Origin: Bispira polyomma | Taxonomy: Eukaryota | DNA: 64,000 bases | Direction: 5' to 3' | Assembly (NCBI GenBank): GCA_965649765.1 | Contig: OZ287756.1 | Span: 61,194,001-61,258,000 of the forward strand | Shown: one piece after another, positions 24,126 through 37,469 of the stretch | Position numbering within the stretch: the stretch's first letter is position 1 | How the letters are laid out: each line of letters opens with the position of its first letter | Made by a program: the position numbers and the translations under genes | Notes under the pieces: generated by a model | What the model was told of the DNA's origin: nothing | Databases searched by the model: none | The model's input: the letters and a program-made list of their open reading frames with translations, nothing else

Positions 24126-26281
24126 CTATCCAAACCTTAACTCCTGTTTGGCTGATACCTATTGTTAAAATCAGGAGTTTTTTTTTAAAGAATGTACTGT
24201 CTGCTTTCTGGGCCACATTATTGAATGACCTTGTTTAATAAATTTTTCAGTTCAAGTTTACATTGGTACATCATATTCAGTAACTTTTAAATATATATTA
24301 CATTTATTCATCAAAATTATGATATAAAATTATATTAACATAAAATTGCATCGCCTTACCTTTACTTATAATTATAACAGGTGTATGTGTATTTAGAATT
24401 TCGAAATGACTTTAAACAATACTTAAAAATACAATTCGGCTCTGACCATTAATTTTAAAGAAACACCTGATTCTTGGCTATTCTCCTACACATAAGTGAA
24501 ACAGCTATTAAAACGTGTTAAATGGGTGTAAAAATGTGTACAGGTGCGTACAGAACATGAACAAAACGGCCCATACATTGATTTTTTGCTATTTTCCCTG
24601 AATTTTCACTTTATTTTCATTTTCTTAGGTTTATGGAATTTTGAACGTAACTCGAACATGCTCAGTTGACCATGGCATTATTAAAATCACTATTTCTCGC
24701 TTGATTTTAACCAATACAGTATCATTTTAAAGTGTACACATGGATTTCAAATATGTCATAAATGCAACTCATTTATCACACAACTACACAGTAAATCGCT
24801 GTTAAAATAAATTTAGTGAAATTTAAATAATTTAGTGTTTTATTACCATATGGTTAACACCAATATACTTAATAAACCAGCTATAATTATATAATATTAA
24901 AATGTCTTATCATATAGTATATCCTTTAAAGTGATACCTTATTTGTTAAAATCAAGCAATAAATAATGATTTTATCAAATAAGCCTTGAACATTTGTTCT
25001 TATTGGTGTCTAGATTGACTGGCTGTTTTGACAGATACAAATACAGGTGAGTGTGCACATAGAACAAATATAACAATTACACAGCAATATTCTTATACCA
25101 TCACTACTTACATACATCAAATATAGAGTACCAACTTTGTACAATGTTAGATATAACTCTCGCAAGTATCCATATTTAACACAATTATTCTAAAATATTA
25201 CACACTCTCCCGACAATCGTTACGATTCCCACAATAACAGTGTGGGTTAGCAGCAACACACCACACGAAAGACGAGGACTAATATTGTTTTACATGGGAT
25301 GCATGGAACATCCCAAACTAGTATTATCACATTCGGTGGGAGGGGGGGGGGGTGAGTTTGGTGCCTGCTCACTAAAAAAGATCTATCCATAACACGAGGA
25401 ATCCTAGAATGCATATTGCCAATCAATAACATGTGGATCAATAAACAGCTTCCTCGCTCAATATTTTTATCAGGAGCCGGTAGGTGCTGTTTCCATTCTG
25501 AAAAGGGCGCAGACATCGTAGAATTCTATAAGGCTTTCATAGATTAATTGGAATCAATCAACTCATCCAAACTGAGTGAGCTGTGTCAGATTTGCCTGGA
25601 TATATAATGGCCATATGAGAAGTGTATTTCAACACTGATGAGCACCTGTGTTTTTTAAAACTATACTTGTTTCTGCGGTGTCGGTTGTGTACCCTTTTAC
25701 ATGTTTTTCATTATGTGGACCAGTAGAAATGGCCCCAAACTATCCATAATACTATATATACTTTGAGGAAAATATGCCAATAGACCCCCTTTCTTGGCTC
25801 TTTTTACAAAAAAAATAGGAGTAAAGTACAGAGGTGCGGCAGTTGGAAATGACTTGGAAGTGACGAGGTGCAGTGTTTCTGTGTTAAATATATCATACAA
25901 ATAAGGGATAACACATGACAAAGCAGGCAATACGTAATTTTTAGCACGATTGGAGGCGTAGTAACACGAAGGCGAATACAGTTGTAGGAAGGTCTGGTTG
26001 TAGGGTTAAAGTATAAATTGTTTAAATGTTTTAAGATATTTTAAAATACCCAATACATATAAAACATAAAGAAGATATGTTTCATGTATACCTCCTAAAT
26101 ACCCATTAACGTACATACACGGATTAGCCTGTACGAATCTACGTAATATGTTAGTATTAACAGTACAGTATGTATCCATAATGTCTTCCTCATTACCACA
26201 CTTTGTGTTGACTTTTTTTCATTATGCACCCCTTTAAGGTCATCTCAACGGGGTGTATTTGACTGTGTATGCGAAGTGTGA

Positions 26282-26907
26282 TTGTAAATATGCGAAATCA
26301 GCAAATACACGTATTTACTGAAAATATCAGTAAATAGGTGTGATTCCCAAAAAAATCAGTAAATGCGTATTTACTGGTATTTACTGGTTTTTGGTCTCTA
26401 TTTTTCACAAGTTTACTGGTGGTGATTTAAAAAAAACGTGTAATGTGAAAATGTCATTGAAGTGTTTCGTTTACATTTAAAAGATAAATATTAATTTTAG
26501 GTAATTTTATCAGTGTTTCTCATGCATTTGATGTAAATGTGCATGTACTAGTAATATTTTTTGGTGGTTTGTGTTCTACAAGGTATTAATAGGTCTGTCT
26601 TTAGCTAGGTCACTTTAAAGCACACTATATTACATTTTGTTATCTACATTTTTGCCTATTTGCACAAGTGTAGTCAAACTATTGGTATCCCTACTGTATA
26701 CAAATTAAACACTGTCATTTAAAAAAAAGAAGAAATTATTTTCAAAATTGTGAAAATTGAAAAGATAATATTTTAAATTAATGTTTAATTAAATCAAGAC
26801 TAAAGGTAGTAAGGTACTCTTTTGTAAAAATGTGACTAGTTAATCACCACTTGAAACAAAAAATGTACAGTAAATATGTGTATTTTCTGATTTTGCATAT
26901 TTGCTGT
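26282..26907. mobile_element. Non-autonomous TIR element
   Basis: aaatatgcgaaatcagcaaatacacgtatttactg inverted with cagtaaatatgtgtattttctgattttgcatattt. Confidence 0.65.
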
Positions 26908-28725
26908 ACCTTATATATAAGTATGCTCTATATAGTGTGTCACCTAAATGAACACATTTATTTCATGTTGGCAATTATCATACCACCCCGTTCCTATGGG
27001 CTATCATTTTTTTAATTAATTTTAATGGTAACCTTTTGTTGTTTATCTTTAAGTTTTGTATTGTTAAACATTGTACAAAGCCCTACCATGGGGGCATTAT
27101 GATTTTTAGTCTGAATGCCTGCCTGAATCACCGAAAAGGCTGTTTTTATTTACTGCTGTGAGGCTGTTAGCGACAGGGTTGTTTACCATACCAAATCATT
27201 GTAAATGTGAAACGGCTTACCTACAGATACACTTAGTTTGTTGTAAATAAGTTAAATTATTTATCCGATATAGGTTAGTAGCCCTTCACCATTTTTGTTT
27301 ACTGAATTGATATAATTACCGGTATATTATCGTTAAAGTCGAGAACAAGTGTAGTGATCATTGTTTTACTTGTGTAACTCGCATTATTTTGATTTCGGAC
27401 CAAATTTGACTACAATAATTTTGAAATATATCATTAGGGATATTTTGTATTAAATAAAATTTCAAGTGTCTTATTTTGTCAAATTATTCCTATCGAAAAA
27501 AAAACCGCAAGGAATCCCACAGTAAGAAATGGTGTGTGCATGCAGTATTCAGAAACTACTAATATGTCTCAGTAAAGTAAAACTATCCACAAGCATAGCT
27601 TTACAAAAGAAGGTTTTAAGGGGGTAAAATGAAAAAAAAAACAGTCCCCTGAAGTGCTTGTTCTAGCAACACTCATGAATATAAGATTTGTTTTTGCACT
27701 GTTCTCAAGTATTCTAGGTGGCGTGGTTGCAGAGTGGCCAGAAGCTATTTCACAGCCACTGGTGTGCTCAACAGTATGAGTGTTTCAGTCCTGTTTATTC
27801 CTTCATGTGAAAAAAATTTGTCAGGTACTGGCCAGTGGTTTACAGTGCTTCAGCTATTGAAAGTGAGGTAGGAAAACAACTAAATTCTATATTCTTGAAT
27901 AATCTATTTTTCACAAAACTACACATAATGTTTGTTTGTTGCAAATGTAATTCATTAATTTAAAATGCAGTCATTTTTATTCATATCATGGAATGTAACA
28001 CATTATATTCCGAACATCTAAAATCAATATTTTTCAATTATTAAATCAATGATATCAAATCAGCAGTTCAAATTATAGATTTGTTAAATTTAATCAGATT
28101 TTCGGTGTTGGATTCAACCCAAAATAAAAGGCAAAATCTTCATACGTTTCTACCTAAAATATTTCAATGTTAGATCCAGCCAAAAATCAAACAGTTTTCA
28201 AACGTTGGACCCCACCTGAATTATAAGTTGGAAAGCTACCATATTTCAATAGTGACTCCAACAAAAAAAATTTATCATCTAAATAATTTTAATTTTTGTG
28301 TTGGAATCAACGTCAATTCCATGTTGTGTGCCCTCAGGATAAAGGCTTGAAAATAGTTTGAAACTGAAACAATATCTTACCGATACAAATACAAACGTAA
28401 ATTAGTAAAAATCATATAATAAAAAATATATCTCCAAATGTAAAAGTTTCATAATGCTGTATATGCTGCTGAAAGAATGTGTATGCAATCAAAATCTCAC
28501 TGCTGATATGTAACTTTTAATATTTTTTGACAAAAATGCATTGAAGCTAAAAATGTAGGCAAATGTTACTGATGATATGTAATTTTTAATATTTGTGACT
28601 GACATGCATTGACACTATAAAAATTATACAGTGTTATCAAAATGGTTAACTATTCAAATATTCTAATAATAACTAAATCAAAAAGAATTATTGTTTTAGC
28701 AATTATCAAATTTACTGAGTTACCA

Positions 28726-29326
28726 TTATTTGCCATATGAAGATGAACTAGTAATTGTCTTGGGTACTTGTACCTCTATAGTGGCTTCCAGATAGCCTAG
28801 TTTGGCTTGCAATCCTAGATTATCATATATCGGTTTTTCTCTTGCCATTAGGCTGTGATACGCCTCTTTTGGGAGATCTTCCAGACATTTCTTGCATAAC
28901 TTTGTAAGGCCATATTTATCTGCCAGAGAGTACAAAAGTAAGGATTTCTTTTTCTTCAGCAAGACTTGTTCACACTTCTCCAGTAATGGCTGGCAACTGT
29001 ACTCGTGCACAATTGGCAAAATGCCGAACACATTGGCAAGCGTTATGTTTCTGTGTAAATGGGTGACCTCAATGAATTCCAGAAAATCATCATACTTCTT
29101 ATCTGGTAAAGGGATTTGGGATATTCCTGATTCCCTAAAGCAGCCTTTGAGCATATTCTTAAACATCGGGGAAATCATACATAATATTGCCTTAATGGCA
29201 ACCACAATTTTGCCTTCAACTAGAAATTCAACGTCCCCATTATCCAGTATCTCTGGTGACTGTGTTTTGGGTAGGACTTTCTCTTCACTGGAAGGTTCCT
29301 CGTCAACTGATGTTGGCAATGATTTC
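28726..29326 (-). CDS. BTB/POZ-domain protein (paralog 2), main exon; upstream coding exon not identified
   Basis: GDVEFLVEGKIVVAIKAILCMISPMFKNML...ILPIVHEY; acceptor ttttag at 29327-29328 (phase 2); intact reading frame. Confidence 0.85.
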
Positions 29327-30816
29327 CTAAAAACAAAATATGGTGCTTATACAATACACTAAAAGTGGACATTTACTTATTCCTAATATTAACTGCCTTG
29401 GTTATCCTAGTAAGAAAAAATAAAAATATTTAACCGAAAATGTACTGCTTGTGAACCGCGTGCTAGCTCCCTCAGTTCACGAATGGTAATGAGGCATACC
29501 TTTACAGATGCTTATATAGAAAAAGTGTAAAAATAGTTTAAGAGGCAGATGCATTTGATTGTATTTGAGTATGGTGACCTCGCCTTAACTCCAGCCAGTA
29601 CGATCGTAAATAGCACTACAGGGTTTTAGGTATGTGTTTCTAAATGCTACATCACCTTAGTACAACATTTTAGCAAAAGCTATTAACCCTTGACGACCTT
29701 GTCCGACATCCAGCTACGGCCATTTTTATTCGCCAGTGCTATGTCCATCAGCCAGCAGTCAGCAGTATATAATATTTTAATGGTTCTTGTTCTCAATACA
29801 ATTTTATTTACCCTTTTTGCACAATTTAAACCCCACAAAAACAAAAGAAACATGTCGGGCTGGCAAACCCCAATCAAAGTTTAGTTACAGAGTCTCATAC
29901 ACAGTATGAGTAGAAAACAAGAATACAAATTTAGCACATGTGACCATTTCTCAATTTCAGATTACAACATTATTTTATGGTAACATAAATTATGAGTTAA
30001 ACAGATTTGCAAACACTGACTATGATTTGCTCAACTTTTTGAGCAGATATTTACCCTTGCATTCCCAGATTGCACATTTAAGAATATAGAATTTTCCCGT
30101 CATGTAAATAACATTTATGGGAATATTAGTTATATCAGATTCCCAAACTCCAAAGATCAATGAACTGACTCAACTAAGATTTTTTTTTGCTCCAAAACTG
30201 CAGACTCTATTATTATATAGCTCCCTCAGCACACAGTAATACCATATATGTAGTATATTACTTTTAACGTAAAATTTAAATATATGTTCTAATTTGTGAG
30301 GTAATAAGTAGTAGCAAAAACATTATCTGTGACGTCAGGAATGTAGGTCAACGTATTCTCCCTTAGCATAGTACAGTTACTCTCCATCGGCAGCGAAGTG
30401 GTTAAGAAACCAACTTTCAGGTTAATATATTGTATTGTCTGTTATTTCTGTTGTTTTTTAAAGAAAACATTGTGGAAATGCTAGAGAGTACATAGCGTAC
30501 ATGAACAATAATCATTTTCAAACTTCCTGGAAGCGAGATTGAAGTATTGTCAGTTACTGATATAAAAACTCTTAAAATGGGGGTTGGCCAAGAATTAGAG
30601 TGGCTTTGATTACACAAAATATGGTATATCAGCTTTGTTTACAAACAATAGGACACTGATATTAATGTAAAAGTGAAATGATCTGAATTTAAAAATATAT
30701 CCAGTTTTTTTACGGCCAGCCTTCTGGTGTTGGCAAAGCTGCCGAAAAATCTTACATTATCACCCATCAAGTGTCAAGAGTCATATCTGTTTGGTTTTTT
30801 TTTTTTTTTTTTTTTT

Positions 30817-30928
30817 AATTTGGATATTTAACGTCCACTCTAGTACCTGTTTAGGTTATATTGGGACGGGTAGTTGGAAACGCTGGAGGAAACACTGCAT
30901 ACAGTTGATCAAGGTTTTGCACTGAAAC
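30817..30928 (-). mobile_element. SINE family 1, 3' fragment
   Basis: Near-identical to the 3' parts of 41623-41874 and 37939-38085; adjacent poly-T. Confidence 0.9.
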
Positions 30929-33899
30929 AAAAAAACGATAGTACATGTCAGTTGGCAACCAACAATAAAAACGACCATACTTACCAACTTTTTATTTTAT
31001 GAAATGCCAGAATAGCAATAAAATACTGACCGTAGTTTATTAGGTTTGATTATTTAAGGACATTGTTCCTGATATCTGCAACAATGGAGGTTTCACTAAT
31101 ATTTCTGAAAATATAGACATATAAATTATTTAGAAAAGCACGTGTCTATTTACTGTTCAATTCTATGCACTTTGTTGGTGTTTTAGTAACATCAACTTCA
31201 CAATTGAATAAAAAAATGAATATTGATTCAATGAATTTTCTTGACTAATGTTTTTATTGTGTAAATCCTAATAAAGTATAATACCAAAAAAATCTCAGGA
31301 ACTGTTTTTAAAGTTTATTTTTAATCCAATTTCTCACTGTAACAGTTCAAAATCCGAGTTTACCATGGAAAACTTGGAAACTGTGATGCCGTGAATTCAT
31401 CCTTGACTACCCTTACAAAGCTATTAACTTACATACTATGTTATTGTTTTCATGTTCATGCCAAAAACGGTTGACATAGATTACCTCTTTTTACTAAAAA
31501 AAATATTCAACGTTGTAAAATGGATGATATTTAGTGTCTTTAAGGAATTCTAGATGCCTCCATTTTTTTAAAAGTTAGATTTCATATATACAAATGTATG
31601 TATTATCACAATAGTGTTCATCTATTAACCCAATTGCAAGTAACAATCTGATTTCTTTAGAAGTATCCACTTAGTAACTACTTTATATATTTATATTTCT
31701 AACCCCTTCATACCTGCTTCAAGTTCACTAATTTGTTCTATCAAACAAATTTTACAATTTAGCAATGATCACTTTTTTATTTACATAAAAACAATTACAG
31801 GTAAAGTAGCCAATTTTAGCTTTGCTACTTTAGTCATGTGTTTAGTCATATGTAAGGTTTTTTGTATGTAACATTAGAAAGTTTACACACTGCGTTTGTT
31901 TGTCCCGGTAAGTACGTCATCAATTTGTGTATGAAACGTCATGTCTATACAGTGCTACAGGAAAATATAAGGTTTTCTACGCAAGTGATGGCTGACTTAC
32001 GTGAGTAGTTACCCTTAAAGTTTTTAGTGTACTAATTAACCATATTTTTCAAAACTTTATGTACATATGTATAAAAACAACAAAAACTTCCTTGACGAAT
32101 CCCTAAACGTAGTTCTTAGAATGCAGGGAAAAGGAAACGTGGTGCGCAACCTCTCCAATCTTTACATTTAAAAATATATAACCTAGTTTGGTCATCTAAT
32201 TTAAATTATTGTTCTATTAGGTTTCTTTTTAAGTTATATTATTAATATTTATTGTTTCTACAGATAGCCACTACGAAGTTTACAAAAACATCACTTCCAA
32301 AAACTGTCTACAGTATTTACAATTGGTAATTTCAGAAAAATTACTGAACTGAAAAAAAATTGCAGTGTATCATCTTTATGGCTTCACTGGCATGAAACAA
32401 ATTAATTCATTTTAAAATTGAAGAAATATTTCATCAAAATGAATCACACAATCGCATGTTCACAACACAAAATGTGACTTTATGATAATCACTGTAGTAT
32501 AAACGATTCTATTGCTTTGACTACACTTTAACTTACAGTCGATGTGCGACCTTGATGTGACCAGTGAATTGACACTATGAGATGCAGGTAAATATTTTAT
32601 TCATGCTACTAGTATATTACATTTACAAAGCCAACATAATTGTACATTTATTTAGAATGATAAGGTGACCTTAACTTGCTAAGGTCACCTTAACATGGAC
32701 ATCAGGTACCCTATTGGAATAATTTACACCAAAAAGGAATCTAAATTGATTTAGAAAAATGTTTATAATATTTAGAATGTAAAAATAATTGAAAGTACCC
32801 GCTACCAAATAGTTATAAATATTTAGTAACTAATTATTATATTATTACACATCAAGATTTTTATTTGTGTTTTAAGTATTATTACTGAATATGATTTAAT
32901 TAGGTTAAGGTAACCTCAAATATTTAAGGCTACCTTTACTTGATGCAACAGGTTCATTTAGTAAGATAAATTTACAGATATAAATTGATAATACAATCTT
33001 TTTTTATTAATATATTCAAATAACTTTAAAAGAACTAGGTGCAGGTACAAGTATATATACCTGATAATATTTAGTATCGGCTGTATAACTTTTAACTTTA
33101 CAGGTATGTCATTTCCACTATAATATTACCTAACCATGTATATACATTATAAATTAACACCTTTAAGTATCATGAAGTTTTAAATATATAGTATCTACAG
33201 TAAAACACAATACATAAGCATCAAACAACTAAACTAATCCTACTCGTATTGTAATAGTAGTTGTTTAAATGTTATTGCAGCTTGAGTGGTGGAAACCTAA
33301 GTATCCACAATATACTTCCACACACAATCTGATATCCATGTACCACGTGTTTTTTTTTTTTTTTTTTTACTGAATTGGAACCTTTGATGTGAAGGCTAAA
33401 GTTGTATCTCAACGCCCCTTTAATCGATATGAACGGGATGAGTGGAGGAAGAAAGACCCAGAGCCGGGACTATTTTTTGCTGACGTTGTTGTAATTCATG
33501 CACCTTTCCTCAATCGAAAATAAGGGTTGAAAAAAATTGCAGAGTGTGATTTAGAAAGCATTGAATTTTTAATATAATCATTTTAAGGATTTATTATCTT
33601 TTTAACATGTACAGGATAATAACAGGATGGATTTAACTACCATGTCAGCCGTAGCAAAATTTTTGACAGTTCTAGCATTTTTTGGCTATATACCACATCC
33701 TTTCTGACATGACTTTATTTAAAAGCATGTCAATACATTGACCTGCATTTTGGTTATGCATCTCGCCAATCATGTGAAAACTTGGTATCATATAATACTT
33801 GTATGTACTATACATGTCACCATATTGTCCATACACAAATTCATTTACAGTGATTTTTTCATCTACTCTAGTTTTCTGTTCATTACTATTGATTTTTAG

Positions 33900-34807
33900 C
33901 CCTCATATTTTTTTTAGTGAAATTTTTTAATCATGCAATGTTTTGTCAGGATGATTATACAGCTTACCTGTGGCAAACCAAGACTCACAAACATGGATAC
34001 AGTTTTATGACTCAGTTCATGATCCTTACTATACTTACAGGTGCCTCTTTCAAATCTCAACACAGGTGATTGCTTTCCTATCGTTAAAGGTTTTAACCTG
34101 GCTGCTACCTGTGTGAACTACTACATGTCTTTGAGCATGAACCCTATATACCTTGTTACTTTTGTAAACCATTCAATTCTGCCTTCCTTACTTTTGCAAA
34201 GGAGCACCACATGACTGCTCACAGGTCACACTGGCGAGGCCATTGAACACGTTTTTTTCCAAATCTACCTGACATCCCCTTTGCGATTTAATTTGACTTT
34301 TGCCAGATAAAACTTGGCCATTCAGTACCTCACACACAATATTTAGTCTACCTGTAGCTGTATATTGCTGGAGTTCACCACGTTTATGCTAAGAATGATG
34401 ATGTCACTACTAGCCACACACAGACTACAACAAGGCAGAACTACTTGGGTCCTGCCAACATTAGGATTTGTCAAGGGTACTTCCTTACTCTAACACAAAA
34501 CCGTGTTCGACCCTTTACTTTTTACACTAATCGTTTGGTTATTATCAACCAACTGCAACAGATCTTCATTTTTGACAATATTTGGTGTACCGTCCATTCC
34601 TAGAAGTGACTCACCCTGTTTCTGTAGTTCAATCTTCACTGGAAGCTGTAGTTGTTCTTCATCGATATCCTCTTCCTTGGTAAAATCCATCAATTGGTGT
34701 TCTAGTTTCACCTTCTCCTGCTGGCTGTTTTGTAACAAGGTGCAACAACGTCCGGCTGGTCTGGGATGTCTGCCCTTGCAGCCAGTACACTTTACACTAG
34801 CCATCAC
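33900..34807 (-). mobile_element. Degenerate gag of another DIRS-order retrotransposon
   Basis: N-terminal MASVKCTGCKGRHPRPAGRCC; internal SSHVVLLCKSKEGRIEW (compare HEVEEGRLQW in 2912-3601); C-terminal HVCESW...HPDK finger remnant. Confidence 0.6.
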
Positions 34808-34851
34808 AGTTCTTCAGGCTGGGTTATTTTAGCTTTTTATGGTTGATCACA

Positions 34852-35078
34852 GTTTCTCCTACAATGCACCAAAACCGTGGAACAGTCTGCCGCAGGAAAA
34901 TTTGTGCTGGTGCTACCTTGTCATCTTTTAAAAGCAAATTAAAAACACACTTGTTTGACGAGGCTTTCTTTCCCTAGTTACATATTCATTCCGTCACCAC
35001 CTGGAATATGACCACCTTCCGGTAAAGGACCTTACGAGATATGATACACAATGATATGATTCAGCACTGTACAAATGG
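34852..35078 (+). mobile_element. 3' fragment of an L2/CR1-group LINE
   Basis: FSYNAPKPWNSLP...FKKQIKNTL-like ORF2 end followed by a short UTR. Confidence 0.65.
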
Positions 35079-35716
35079 TAAGAACAAGTATATGTGTTTT
35101 ACGACGATTGGTTTGTCTTGCTGGTTTTGTTTTTCAAGAATTATATGTCAACTGTGTTTACTCAACTTTTAAGTCTCTCAATACATGGGATATCGAGGGG
35201 CAAGCAAATTCGAGGATCTGTGTATCATGTTAGTTTTAAATATTTAAAACAGCGATTTTTATTGGTAGTATAATCAATCAATAAATATTGTTAGTATAAT
35301 CAATCAAGAGCAATATACACAGAAAGGCATAGTAAAATGGATTAATTTTTGTAAGCTATGTATTGTTTTGTTAGGTACTGTGCGCTTGTTTACATCCACG
35401 ATTAGACGAAATAATCTGTCCCTTTTAGCGAGATTCCTTGATGTTATTTTGGCAGACTACTTTATCATATATAAGGAAGGAGGGGATGTATTTTTTTTGC
35501 CAGATTCTATCTCTATATATGCCAATTTTGATTTACAACATTTTGCTTATGGAAGTCGTTCTGTCCCTTTTCCTGTATTCCGTCATCAATATAACAGCAA
35601 GGAATCTTGCTAAATAGGGACAGATTATTTGGTCTAACCCTCGCTATACAGTGCACTAACATACACCTAGATTATAGCAACTGCATTTAATAAACATATC
35701 CCACCGACTACAGCTA

Positions 35717-36393
35717 TATGTGTAAAGTGGTGGTTCAACATTCAAGTTCGATAGGCAAAATGGGCTTGATTTTAAGATTGGGGTGGTCGGGGCGAAAAAG
35801 GCGGTAAAAATGAAAGTGTGGGGCGACCTTGCAGATTCAACTGATTGCGTCTCACTTTGACTGGACATGGACCACGATCAAAGTTGATGTCTGTATTGAA
35901 ACTCACCCGGGCTCCCCGACCCAGGTTAGAATCGAACTTACTGGCGATAGGATCCGAAGTATCACCCTAGGATAAAATGTATTGCCAATTGGAGCTGACA
36001 GATCTATATCCTCGACCATCAAGATAGAACGTCTAAAAATCAAAGTTCGGACTGGTATGGCAAAATAACTGACAAAATGGGCTTATATACTTCCCGACCG
36101 CCTGTTTGCCCTGTTTCCCCCCCACACCGACCTATATGTTTAAACGAGCTTGTGTTAGGACAGGCCTGGAATGAGATAAGAATTATCAGACGAATTTATT
36201 CGCCGAAAGTGACCTTTCCATTTTTAGAGGTTCGGGAGGTAAGTTGGGGTACTTTTTGAAAATATTTAACATGTTCAATATCCTTCCTGACCATCGCGAC
36301 CACCCCGTTTTCTCCCTCAGACCTATACGGACATGACCCGGACCTCAAAATTGGGGACCAAATTGGCATAGTGGAACCACCATTAAAACATGT
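35717..36393. mobile_element. Probable non-autonomous TIR element
   Basis: tggtggttc...gaaccacca terminal and ggggtggtcg...cgaccacccc subterminal inverted repeats; GC-richer than the flanks. Confidence 0.45.
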
Positions 36394-37469
36394 AATTGTA
36401 AAAAGATGTAAAAAACTTATATATTATATAAACTTGTCCGCTTTACTTTTGTACAATACAAATTACGAGTCCAATAAGGGCTCAATTTACTATACTATGT
36501 AATGTGGATATAGCAATGAAATATAATGTATATATTACCTGAATTATTCCCAAGACTGTATATGATTTGAAACTAAAAATGAACTATAAGTCTAGACAAT
36601 GTAGAAGTGCTTTGTCTTTCTTCACTGACTTACAAGTTATCATTGTTACAGTACAATGTCCAAGTGACTGTTGTAATGAGCAATCGATATCTTTGTTTGT
36701 TAAAAGCTTTCAATAAAAGCTCTCGGCGATAAGTCAAGTTAAGCAAATAGATAATCTCCTAATATATTCTGGTAATATATAACAATGATGAATGTTTCAG
36801 TGATAAAAAACTTTTATTTCATAATATATCGTAGTATACAGGGAACTATATTGGTGGTTCAGAATGAATCTCAGGCCAGTTCATTGAAGGAGAAACTCTG
36901 TGACATCTTAGAGTGTGCACAACTGATATTGTGTTTTTTTAGTAATGACTATACCGCATCAAGAAGTATTTAAATAATATTGAAACGATTTTTAATCAAG
37001 TGACTGTTTAATGTTTTGGATATTTTTCCACTGCACATATAGTGTAATGAATAGATATTACATTGGTGCATTGGATAGAAGTATAATAGGAATAAAAAAA
37101 AATTGTTTCATATGATCTTGTTATTTTATGAAATGACTTTGCTGATTCTCAGAAAAAAGGAAATCTCAGCAATTTATCTGAAATAAGCCTAACTAAGGAA
37201 AATAAAATACATAAAATGAACCTGAGTAGTGATGCCACACAATACCTTGAAATAAATCCACCGACCCCAGGATGAAATCCATGTGGTATTTTCTTCAGAG
37301 TATGGTGACTTGACATGTATGTCAATGGAACAAAAGGTGGATAAATACTAATAAATTCTAAAACATCAACGAGTGGAAACAGCATTTGATAAAAAGGCAC
37401 TACAAAATGAGAACAGACATTTGAAAATCCATTTACAAAAATCGGATGGGATAGTTTCAAGGCTGAATT

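Noticed and set aside
29490-29520. Donor AAG|GTATGC as the upstream coding exon of BTB paralog 2
   Set aside because: The required phase places a TAA immediately before the junction, so the true first coding exon remains unidentified.
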